Below, one piece after another: positions 52,067 through 64,000 of a DNA stretch of 64,000 bases. Origin of the DNA: Octopus sinensis (Eukaryota); contig NC_043001.1 of assembly GCF_006345805.1 (NCBI RefSeq), positions 7,750,001-7,814,000 on the forward strand. The letters are read 5' to 3'. A program made the translations under genes and the position numbers. The notes beneath the pieces are model-generated. The model ran no database searches. It saw nothing but the letters and a program-made list of their open reading frames with translations, and had not been told where the DNA came from. The stretch's first letter is position 1; each line of letters begins with the position of its first letter.

Positions 52067-54189
52067 CATATATAACTCTTTATACTTGAATAAGTGTTAT
52101 ATATGACGAAGAGGAATGCGATCTTTACTCCCAAAGATTTACAAGTCATATTTTGGGAACAAAGCGTTAGAACGCTGTAACCTTCGTTATATATTATTCG
52201 TATTCATGGCGTGTGACAGAGCACAGTTCTCATCCTTTTCACTCAGAGATTAAAGCTAATGCTAAATTCAATATACATTTACTGTTAAATATTTCGAATT
52301 TAATGTTTAATAAACGTTTTTGTTTTATTTTCTATTAATATCTCACTAACTCTAACTTAAAAATCATATAAATAGAAGAACACTTTAATTTGAGAAATTC
52401 GAATATTATCAAGTTCTTCCTGGTTGAACATGCACATATCTATATTATGTAAATAGACAGCTGTGGGAACAATGCACAATTTGCACATGATTTCCATAAG
52501 CAAATTCGAAATATGTAAAAATATGTAAAAGTAAAACAAAACACATTTTATGTGAAAGTAGATTATTCATTTATGATCAAATTTGTAAAGCGAAATAAAA
52601 TACAAAGTAAATAAATAGAGGAAAATGTGTTCCGCGTATTGAAACAGGAAGATATCAGTGAATTGATTCTACGAAGATGCATTGAGTTGCACACACATGC
52701 AGTGTGTTGCAGCAGCTATTGATTCTCATGTTTGATATAGAGAAATATATTTGGCATTCATGTCGTATCCCAACGAGATTAACAATTGCTATTCCCTCAG
52801 AGAACAGAGTATTAGCTATAAAGTGAATGGTTATTAAACAGTAGGTATTTCCTAAAGGATTTCGTTGTTTGATGTATTTTGCTAAAATATGTTTCATAGT
52901 TAAACATCGTTTATTATTTTCCGTATAGATTTAACTAGAAATGTATAGCAAATACAAGCTCACGATTGTAACACTGCAGGTTATATTATAGGTCTAGCAA
53001 TATCAAATAAAATCATCAACTACACCAATTTGTTATGTATATTGTCCAGCGATATATGTTAACTTAAAGATTGCATATTTCTCTTCATTGATTACTATAC
53101 AGTCCTATTTCTATAGGGGGAATTTTCAGTGATTTATAAAGTTAGGCAATGTTTATACCTGCAGTATACTTACGTTTCATGTTATAATCCATATATACTG
53201 TTATGCTTGTCTTTGGAGCTTCAAACGAATGCATGGAATAAACAATTATTTAAGTAAACATATAGTTGTGTGTATGGCGGGGGGGGGATATATAAAAACG
53301 TGTAATAATCACATGATGCAGTATATCCTATTTTTTTCCTACGTGCGTTTCGCCATTCAGGCATCTTTGCATTCTCATCTGTGGGTATTCATAATGCAAT
53401 AGAATGCGAAGTAGCAACATTTCTTCAGCGGAGAACTTTATAATGTTTACAAATATTCAGTGGCCTAAATTCAGCAGCTCAGTGTTTACACGTGTATACC
53501 GCTCTTTCTTTCTATTTCTCTCCTTATTTCTGTATTTCTCTATATTTGAAATCAATACATTAAGTATTCAGGCTTTATGTCCTTTTGGCTGTTGTATTCA
53601 AACAAAATGAAGTCCTTCTGTTGTCATTTTGGAGGAATTATTCGACGTATGGATTTGTTGTAGGCCATTTTCTTGAGCTTTTCTTACGAAAAAGTGTTTC
53701 CAATAAAAACTCAGAAAGCACTAATTAAGAAGCTGCTTAACATTGATCACCCAAAAATCTCTACAATTAAACTTTTACTTTTTGCCATGGAAATATTCAC
53801 AGACATACACAGTCAAGTGTACAAATATACATACAGATACACATGGACAACGAGTGCTCAATACATATTGTAAGGGATCATGTAATTTTTTCGTAGCTGA
53901 AGTGAATAATTTCTCACGACCTAACAGGTGTTTTAAGTATGAATGCGTATATATATATATATATATATATAATATATTATATATATATATTATATATATA
54001 TATATTTATGTAAGTATGTGTGTGTGTGTGTGTATGTGAATGTGTTTGTGTGTGTCTGTATGTGTGAGAGAGTACATGTGTAGCTATTTGTGTGTGGATG
54101 TGAGTGTATGTTTGTGTGTGTGTTTGCGTATGTAATGAAAAGAACGGATAAATATAGTATTCTTTCACACACAGATTAATAGTTATAAC

Positions 54190-54400
54190 ATTGTCCTAAA
54201 GTAGTACCAAATTTATAATCTTCACCGGCACCAACACACAATGCCATTGTACGTCTGTCACTCCATTGATATAATAGCGAACGCACTGAATAACATTTTT
54301 TTCCAAAAGAGTCTCCTTGCTTTGCACAAATTGTTCCGATTCAACCATCCACATTTTGATTGGCTTCCAAGCAGTTCATAAGTTTTCAGTAATTTACTTT
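54190..54400 (-). pseudogene. Highly decayed mariner fragment (tentative)
   Basis: Minus-strand frames give KCGWLNR and AKQGDSFGKNVIQCVRYYINGV, resembling mariner W...AK....KKVMLCVWWD.KGV. Confidence 0.35.
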
Positions 54401-54529
54401 ATATTAGTGGAAGAGTCACGAGGTATATAACAGTTAAAATCTCATGTATGTATACACACACATTCACACACTCACACACACTCGAACGCGCACATACACA
54501 CACATTCACGCAATAGCTCATAAAACAAC

Positions 54530-54539
<10 letters not shown>

Positions 54540-54628
<89 letters not shown>

Positions 54629-54629
54629 C

Positions 54630-54690
<61 letters not shown>
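54540..54690. repeat. (TA)n microsatellite, ~150 bp
   Basis: Visible directly; one of more than 20 long TA tracts in the window. Confidence 0.97.
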
Positions 54691-54809
54691 TATATACATT
54701 CATATATGTGCATACCAACATATATGCAGGTATATGATAGAACGCAACGCAACCATTTTACAAGTATAGGACAATATTGATTGCCATGCCATTCTTGTTA
54801 TATATATAT

Positions 54810-55189
54810 ACTAGCAGTATCGCCCGGCGTTGCTCGGGTTTGTAAGGGAAATAACTATAAAGCATTTTTAGAGAGTTATAGCCAAAAAATAGCAAAAAAA
54901 TGGGAAAAAAATTATGGTAAATTTTTTTTTGATAGTTAAAAAGCTCGAGTTGCGTCCCCTAGACCATCTGTGGTTTGTGTTTCTGATTGTCGACCCCATG
55001 TCGAATTTATCGATCTTTTTCAGAACTGGGGGAACTTTTCAAAATTTTCGCTGCGTTAGTTTTGAATTATAACATTGGGCTATGTGTGTGTCAAGTTTCA
55101 TCAGAATCGGTTGAAAGCCGTGGTCAGAGTGAGGGTACAACCAAACAGACACACAGAAACACACACAGACAAACTGCCGTTTATATATA

Positions 55190-55190
<1 letters not shown>
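54810..55190 (+). mobile_element. Non-autonomous Helitron-family element (Lep1/HINE-like) inserted in (TA)n
   Basis: 5' ACTAG followed by hairpin cgcccggcgttgctcgggt. The 3' region has aagtttcatcagaatcggttgaaagccgtgg, (acag/acac)n and tttatatatat. No TSD apart from TA. Confidence 0.7.
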
Positions 55191-55242
<52 letters not shown>

Positions 55243-55675
55243 TGTGTGTGTGTTTATATGTGTATGTATATACGCATGTGTATATCTGTGTTTGTATACC
55301 CAGAGAAAAAGGAGAAGGAAGGAAAGATAGATAGATAGATAGATTGAGAAATAGATGCATACATATATTGGTAGACAGAAATTCACAGTCAAACACACGT
55401 AAACGCAAGCTCAAAATACCCAGAACTGTTAATCTACGAACCAAAATAAGACGCACACAAGAAGAACTTCATTAAGTTTGTAAAACGTTTTGAGTAAGGA
55501 TAAATGATAAGTGCAGAGTAAGTTTAAAATCGGCTGTCAACTCTGTGTTACTTATATACCAACTGATACGTGTGAAGATAAAATTTAACATCATACAGCA
55601 TAGGATATTGTATGCGAATATTAAAATCTTAAGCCCTATTTTTCCTGAAATAACGAACTGAAAATTGAATTATAA

Positions 55676-55885
55676 TCTTCTTTCCTACTCCAGGCAAAAA
55701 GGCCCCAAATTTTTGGGAAGGGGATCAGCCAATAAAATTGACGCCAGTACACAACTGGTACTTAATTTATCGCATCCGAAAGGATGAAAGGCAAAGTTGA
55801 CCTTGGTGGAATTTGAACTAAGAATGTAAAGAGAGACGAAATACCGCCTATCATGTGTTTACGTTTGTGCCAGCGCGTCGCCTTA
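55676..55885 (-). mobile_element. SINE family C
   Basis: actggtacttaatttatcg..ccgaaaggatgaaaggcaaagt.gacct.gg.ggaatttgaact. Confidence 0.82.
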
Positions 55886-57837
55886 AATGAATTTTAATAT
55901 TAAGAGCAATAGACACTATTGATGTCCGTAAAATTTTGTTCATATGCATTTATTGAATATTAAACAAGGGGGACGAAAGTAACTGTTATGAACTCACCTC
56001 TGATAGATATGAATATCAAGAGTATAACAAATTTGGAAATTATATGAGTTCATGATACGACTACAAAGACGTAAATATCTTCTGAATATTGATTTTCAGG
56101 AAACAATCGCCAACATGCGTTGCTATTTGGCAGACTTAAAAACAAATACTTTCACATTTAAATAACAGTTTTTCATTGCAGTTCTCCTAACAATAATGAT
56201 GTCAAATTTATCACATTGAGGTATATACAGTGGAATGCGTAGGGAGATCTATGGGAAATAGGGCAGCGTTTGCATATTCTTTTCATAACTACATTTATTA
56301 ACAGCTTGCGATATTATGGTAATTTTAACATAATATTATTCAGTCTTTTCTAGTGAGCATGTTGGATAAATTTAATTGAATTATGTGCGGAAAGTTCGAT
56401 TTTAATGAATATCTTTAATATAAAAGGGTAAGTAACCTATTGTCTAGCAATTCAATTAATCTTTTATATTATAGTTTATATTCCAGAAAGACTATCTGCT
56501 TTCAGAACAACGCACCACAATGTAATGAGCAACATTCCCTTGATGTATACCATGTTTCCTCGTTGCAGTTCGTTTGGCATATTGTAAATATGTGATTATA
56601 TATTCACAATATATTATGAAATGCAATCAACATCTAAACAATGGCGATGTTTGGTTAACGGCGATAATAAAACCAAAAGCATTCTAATTTTATTCCGAAA
56701 CTAATCGTATTTTATGAATTTAAATTTCATGTTAAGCGACAAATTTGTGTATAACGGAAACAAGTAGGGTAACGTTGGTTTCCCTATTGATGTGTTGCAT
56801 AACATCTAAATTCATTGCAGCGCGTTCTGTAGGCAGCTTCAAACATTAAGCAGCAATGAATTTTGTATGTTAAAATAAGAAAATCTTGTTTCTTAATTTT
56901 TATTTTCTAAAAAAATTTCTTTTCAAAACAGATTATTAAATGGGTTTTCTTTTTCCAAAAGCTCACATGATAAGGACATTAATACCTACAGAATTTTGGA
57001 AGTCTCACTTATTTTCATTTAACATGGATTAGAGAAGCGTTCCACATTAAGAAAAAAATCTAAAAGGCAGTTAAACAGTATGCAACGCTGCAATTTTGTT
57101 TCCCGGTTAATGTAAAAAGTATTAATCGATATAAATATCGTTAATGTAATCTATAAAATCAACCAGAAGGGCGTTTGAAATAAACGTATTGCGCATCGTA
57201 AATATACAACTGTGAAACGATTCCCATAAGCTACAAATTCCGTAGAAGTGCAGAAGGAAAAGGTTATGTCCGATCAATGAATGAAATAAAATATCAAGTT
57301 CATTACCAATACCACAGCTAATAAATGAAAAATTCCATTTGATTATACCTGACTGAAACGCCGGATGAGTTTTGTTTCATAATAATACCATCATATACTT
57401 ATATTTTTGAAACTGTAAAATGGATGCAACAATTTAGGGCCCGAGCATAATCAAATTAAATATTGTTGAATTACTACTTAAATCGGGGTTTGAAATTTTG
57501 AAATTCATGTAGATCATAATGAAAATTTAGTGTCTGTCAAATATTTAGTTCACTCCAAGCTGACGAATACGTTGTTTCAACAGAGAATATGCGTAAGCTC
57601 TGATATATTTTACAAGGAAGATGTAACCACGAATATGCATTCTTCAAAAGGTCCTTTACTTGGTTAAGTGAACTCCTAAAATCATAAATGAGACATGCAT
57701 TTAATCATATGCTAAACTGTGTTTAAGGAATATACACACTGGTTAATATATCCCTACATACACGAAAAAGACGTTTTAAATCATTGTAGCTTTAGCTGGA
57801 AGAACTTAAATCATATTAGTTTTGAATCAAAGACAAG

Positions 57838-58035
57838 GTGGCGAACTGACGGAATGGTCAGAATGCCGCACAAAATACAAAGCGACATTTCGTCTGTCTT
57901 TATGTCCGGATTCCAAATTCAAACAAAATCAACCTTGCCTTTCATCTTTTTGAGCCGTATAAGTACCAGTCAAGTACTGGAGTCGATGTAATCGACTTCA
58001 TCCCTCCCCTCGAAAATTCATAGCCATGTGATAAT
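57838..58035 (+). mobile_element. Degraded SINE family C
   Basis: Head ggtggcgaactgacggaa, ttcaaa, ttgcctttcatc, gtcgatgtaatcgact. Confidence 0.72.
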
Positions 58036-58700
58036 ATTTGAAACCATTATATTTGGGTCAGCGCTGACCCACACAACAACAACATTACTGGCTTTAGCTC
58101 TTAATTACGAAACCATGGTATGAGTATCCAGTATGAATCGTCGTTGTAAACTATTTGTAGGAAGTAATTCTTAACATCAGATACTTTAGCCAAATTCATT
58201 TCCTATGCTTCAAAATCTGCTTATAATTTTAAAAAATCTTAAACATATTTCTCACAAAAGAAATACAATTTACTCAACAAGTAATTCCTGCTATATAGAA
58301 CAAAGTCTTTAATATAAATATATGGCTTCTCTTCCAACGTAGAAATTATTATTTCTACCAAATGTGCATAATGTATTTCGCTAGGATCGTAAATAACTAT
58401 GGAGCATGGATCTGGCATATGACCCGTCGTGTATTATTTTTGATGCTGCTAAATCTCTCTTAGGGAAATTGTGCATTAATTTCGTGCATCGTTACTCAAA
58501 TTACTAATACTGCAGTGGATTACGAGGAGATACATATTATGACCTCGGTAATTGCAAAATGTGCCTGAAATATATAATAATGTTAGCTATGCATTCATAT
58601 AGTTTATACAGGAAACATGAACGATTTGATTTTCTCTGTTGAAAGTATAAGCTATTGCTACCTTTCCACCTAAATGAATATACGCACACAAACACATGCT

Positions 58701-58856
<156 letters not shown>

Positions 58857-59989
58857 TTTCCAAGCATCGCATGTGTAAATAATGAAAGTAAATCATGGAA
58901 GTAAGACAGTACTTGATCTACAGAGATTAAGTGTATTAATAGCAAACTCTATGAAAAGCAATTGATGTATTAACTAACAAATTTTCTGCATGCACATCTT
59001 TAAGCAAAATGGGGGTTATTTTTTGTTGGTAGGAAATGAACAATTGTGATTCACTTAAGGCTGTTCACAGCTCAATTGGAAAAATGTCTTTTGTTGACTT
59101 GAACATTAATTTCCTGTCCTAATCCTATAGGAGTTCTTTGAATGTTAGGGAATGTTTTCTCATTTACTGGAACAATAGATCATCCAAAAGAAAGAATAAA
59201 AGATTACATAGCATACCTTGTGAAGAATGTTCTAATGTCTAATAGCAATTAAATGCTTTTCGTACGATTTGTTTCAGAAAAAATGAGATGCAACGATGCA
59301 AATATATAAATAAATGCGAATATCAACACGCATGGATGTGAATTAAGACATAATACGTAATAAAATACACAGAAATATATTTTACACGTGCATCGTGTGC
59401 GCATGTGCGCGGCGTGTGTGCCATTGGTGTTTCTGAGTGAGATTTTCACTTAATTTTTACATTATATGCTGCTATCAATATCCAACACGAATTGCTCAGA
59501 TATTCGTACTACTACTTGCCGATAGATGTAGTGATTAAGTTTATTCTATAAATTGTAGTGTCTTTAATTTTAGGAGAATGCCATACGGATATATATATTA
59601 TAAGATATTGATTAATCTCTAAAAAAATTTTAATTTTCCGTTCTGGAAAAATGAAATGATTCGAGTGTTCCTTTTGAGATTTTAGTCACAAAATGAAATA
59701 AGAACACTTGACAAATTTCAGCTGGAGTCTCACCCACTGGAGTCTCGGTTGAAATTTGATTCTATTGTCATACTGTGTTATTTTTGGTAGACGGAAACTG
59801 AAAGAAGCCCGTCGTATACACACACACACACCCACACACACACACATATATATATATAACAATAAGACTTTTGCAAATAATTATTATAATTATATAGGTT
59901 TTTACCGAATAAGGTCCTTTTCCATACCGAAATACTACTAGGTGAAATTTGTTGATTTTATTAATTAATTATCTTTCACCCTATATCTG

Positions 59990-60041
<52 letters not shown>

Positions 60042-60049
60042 TAAGCAAT

Positions 60050-60164
60050 AAGGGTTTAGCAACGAGTTGCTTACCACATACCGAATTTAGAAATAGCAGT
60101 CAAAGGGTTATAGCTATTTCTTCTACTAAAAAGGGAGATCTCAGTAAAAACAGCATTATATATA

Positions 60165-60195
<31 letters not shown>

Positions 60196-60430
60196 CATAT
60201 ATATGTATGTCTGTATGTATGTATGTATGTATATATGTATTTGTGTGTCTGCGTTTGCCCCCACCATCGACTGATAACCGATGTTGATGTGTTTACGTCC
60301 CCGTAACTTAGCGGTGTTGGCAATAAAAACCAATAGAAAAGTACTAGGTTTACAAAGAATAAGTCCTGGGATCGATATATTCAACTAAAAGACAGTGCTC
60401 CAGCATGGCCGCAGTTAAATGACTGAAATA
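60050..60430 (+). mobile_element. SINE family B, 3' half with microsatellite
   Basis: accgatgttgatgtgtttacgtccccgtaacttagcgg...gtgctccagcatggccgcagttaaatgactgaaa. Confidence 0.75.
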
Positions 60431-61524
60431 ATTATGTTTATGTACTTGTTTTGTAAGATACCTTAAGGGATATCGTTTGTTAAAAAAGAGAATCGTGCAT
60501 TTGGGGAGACAATTATTTTGGGGCCAAATAATCACACGCACTGGACGCTTGGTCTTCACTTCGGCTTAATTAAAATTATAATCTTAGTATCCTTTGTGTA
60601 AAGCCTTTCGTCACGCAACCCATGACCACCTCAGCATGTCTCGCTCCTACGTGTATCCACTATCTTCATGGTGACATATAAATTTTAAACACAAGTGAAT
60701 TTAAATGTAACTCTTTATTCTTCATTATCATATACCTGTATATGTGTGTGTGTGTGTGTGTGTCTGTGTGTGCGCACACGTGTAGCTCAGTTGTTTCTCA
60801 TTCAAGTAAGGAGAAACAGGAATGGTACACCAGCTGGATTTATTTCCATAGAAGAAATTCTTCTAGACTTGTTCAAAACACTAGACGTAAAAAAATATCC
60901 TAATAGCTCTGTCAGATAATCGTGTTTTCAAATAATTATTTTTTCACTCATAATTGACTTAAAACGCTCGGTAATCAGGATCTAGTTAAGAATGTCTGCC
61001 CCTGTATAGAAATTAAAAAAAAGCAAAACAATTCTTCATGTAAAAGGACGATTCCCAGTCGAAAACCAATTCACATTATGCAATTGAATCAGTGTATACA
61101 TATATACATGCACGTAGTTGCGATGATGTAAACATCTTCGTTCTGCAAAGAATTAAGCGAATAACGCTATTTAACAGTTGTTCTCTAGAGTCAATGACAA
61201 TATATACCTTTGTTTATAGATTTAATGACGCTAGAATTTCGTCTCCTTTTTCTGAAAGCTTTCTGACTGATTGACTCGACGAACTCAAGTTCAGTGTAAA
61301 AATATACACTTCCTTCCTTAGAAAACACAGAGGAAATGTGATGTCCGCTCGCATTCTTTCTCTCTCTCTCTCTCTTTCTGTATATATAAAACTCCCTACA
61401 CAAATTATTAAAACCTAAAAATACTTAAACACCTATCGGCCGCAGAAACCCGCGATACTCTGAAGAGTGGGCGATATTAATCTATCCATCTGTCTATCGA
61501 TCGATCAAATGATCTAGCCATCTT

Positions 61525-61525
61525 C

Positions 61526-61595
<70 letters not shown>

Positions 61596-61616
61596 CTCTA
61601 TCTCTCTCTCTATCTC

Positions 61617-61657
<41 letters not shown>

Positions 61658-61700
61658 ATATCCATTCATCTATCTATATATCTCTCTATCTATCCGTTTG
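61525..61700. repeat. (TATC)n tetranucleotide repeat
   Basis: Visible directly. Confidence 0.95.
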
Positions 61701-62263
61701 TTTACCTGTCTATCTATCCACAGATATCTATCTATATATGCACCATAGTGTCTGTCTCTCTGTATGTCTCTCTATCTATATTCATGTGCGTGTTCGCATG
61801 TCTTCGGCTGGGAAACCTGTATATGCAAGAGCAGTATTTCTATTCATTGTTTCGTATTGTCCATATATATATGCTTGCATGCACATTGCCGTCACTCAAG
61901 AGTGAAGATACCCTGGAATGATTTATAATTTGTTACTGTCTCATTAAACTGTTGTCTCTGAAGAATGCCAGAGCGACTAGGATTTTATAGTTATTATCCT
62001 TTACATAACCCTATTCATCATTTACTATAGATAGAACGAATATTTATCACCTGGATAAAATAATCATATTGATTTCATTATGCTTTTACAGACATTTATT
62101 TTCACCAAGTTTTGGCGAGACATTCATTTAGCATATATATGCAAATATTTCTTTACATAAAACATGCACATTCACACACACAGATGCACAAACACACGCA
62201 CACTCACATACACAGATAGGTATTTACATATATACACCAACACACCCACATCCACATATATCT

Positions 62264-62468
62264 ATTTCTTTACTACCCACAAGAGGCTAAACACAGAGAG
62301 GACAAACAAGGACAGACACATGGATTAAGTCATTTACATCGACCAGTGCGTAACTAGTACTTAATTTATCGACCCCGAAAGGATGAAAGGCAAAGTCGAG
62401 CTCGGCGGAATTTGAACTCAGAACGTAACGGCAGACGAAATACGGCTACGCATTTCGCCCGGCGTGCT
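62264..62468 (-). mobile_element. SINE family C
   Basis: Near-consensus reverse complement of 6617-6843. Confidence 0.9.
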
Positions 62469-64000
62469 TTTCTTATTTTTTATTACCCACAAGACGCTAA
62501 ACATTAATTAATCTCTAACATCCACATATATCAAGTATGCGCATAAATTGTATATGTATGTAAAAAAAGTAACAGAAAATGAGCAAATCGTCTTCATTCT
62601 TAAGCTAAGAATATCAATGCAGATTCAAATTTAAATGACTGATGACGTATGCTTTACAAATCAAAACATCTAGCACTTTAGTGCAACGAATCATAACTAA
62701 TTCACGCTTTTAGCAAAGAAAATTAAGTCTTCCCGTATTAAGAAAATTAAGCCTAACCCATGCTGCCAAAATACTAAGTGCCAGTCACGATATACCAGTG
62801 ATGTACATCCATGAATTGAATAACCTTTCTGTAGATATAAAACTATACAGGTTTATGCTTATTTCAAACCGATATTTTGCTCACCAGTAGACTTTAAAAT
62901 TCTGACATTATCCGGTGTACGTTTAAACTATCTAACACCTACTATAATGTTCTTTTTTTAAATAAGTTAGGTGGCTTGTTCAAATAATGAGGATTGATAT
63001 TTCTATCTGGTTTTACAACTTAGATGTTCACTCTTTGGCAGGATTTACTTTATGCTGACCTATAAAAAAAAAATTCAAAGCAACATTTTGCAAATATTTT
63101 AATCGAATTGCCCATCCAGTTTTGTTTTGGTTTTGGTAGAATCTTTACAACTATATCTCATATTTTATTATATTTTATGGGCATCTTATGATATATGACT
63201 TATGATATATTTATTACGAAATATTTATTCATATATGTTTTTAATATTTGTCTCGTGTGTTTTATTGTAGTTAAACACTCTTCCCTTAGGTAAAAACAAT
63301 TTTTTTCTCATTTCCTTTAAACTGCAATCGAGATTTTTACATTAAAAGGTTTTCGAAAGAGAAAACGAGGAAAACAAGATACAGATTCCTATGGTTATTT
63401 CCTAAACTCATAAATGTAAATGTGATTTCTAGCTTTGGGAAAATTTAATATGTGTTCTTTTTATGCCTCTTTAATATCGGTTTTATTGCAATTTCCCCCA
63501 AATGTGTTTTATTTGAATTATTATTATTATTATCATCATTATCATTATTTTCAAAACTGTCTTTTTTTTTCTCTGTTTATAACGATTAAACCTTATCCTG
63601 TGATACCGCATAAATTCTAATATCGAATATAGCATCTTCCCTTTTATTATTGCTTTGCATATCAGAAATTGTTATTCAGAAACTACATTTGACTCTTGTT
63701 TTTCAAACTGACGTTACATATCATTTCAATTTCATTTTGTGAAATAGCATATCTTCCAATCCCTGTAAAACAGTACTTAAATAAATTTGTAAGCTAAATA
63801 GGAAACATTGTTTCATATGTAGAAAATTACGAGTGTTTTATTACATTTCTCTTTTCTATACATTACACTCAATGTCATCATAATCAACAATAATTTATAT
63901 TTTCATACTTTAGTATCCATGGTGGATTTTAGTTGACCTAACCATGATAAAATCGAGAAACGAAAAATTGTGTAGATATGGACACTAGGCCTTATGAACA

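Noticed and set aside
59895-59960. Hammerhead-like CCGAATAA-GGT...ACC-GAAA next to a TA tract
   Set aside because: The 3-8 pair is broken and there is no valid stem III or NUH triad; possibly a decayed PLE terminus

Overview
This is AT-rich eukaryotic DNA packed with microsatellites. Its tRNA-derived SINE families look to me like those of Octopus (recognition only, not a database result). I found no host protein-coding exon, and most of the supplied ORFs are translations of (TA)n, (CA)n, (GA)n or triplet repeats. All recognisable coding sequence comes from transposons. It comprises (1) a near full-length Penelope-like retroelement (PLE) with RT and C-terminal GIY-YIG at 36175-38613, where three clustered 1-bp frameshifts add up to restore the frame; (2) a 5'-truncated PLE GIY-YIG end at 32579-34963, arranged as a ~1 kb inverted repeat; (3) a CMC/Chapaev-like transposase pseudogene at ~18850-20508; and (4) mariner fossils. 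Non-coding elements include a TIR/TSD-bounded MITE, a Helitron-like non-autonomous element and more than 20 SINE copies from about four families. The most interesting signal is four hammerhead-ribozyme motifs of three distinct sequence types. All have a palindromic stem III and lie in PLE-type 3' ends inserted at (TA)n tracts. Fold-back inverted duplications recur at or near those tracts. Ribozyme folds were derived by hand and are untested, and repeat boundaries are approximate.
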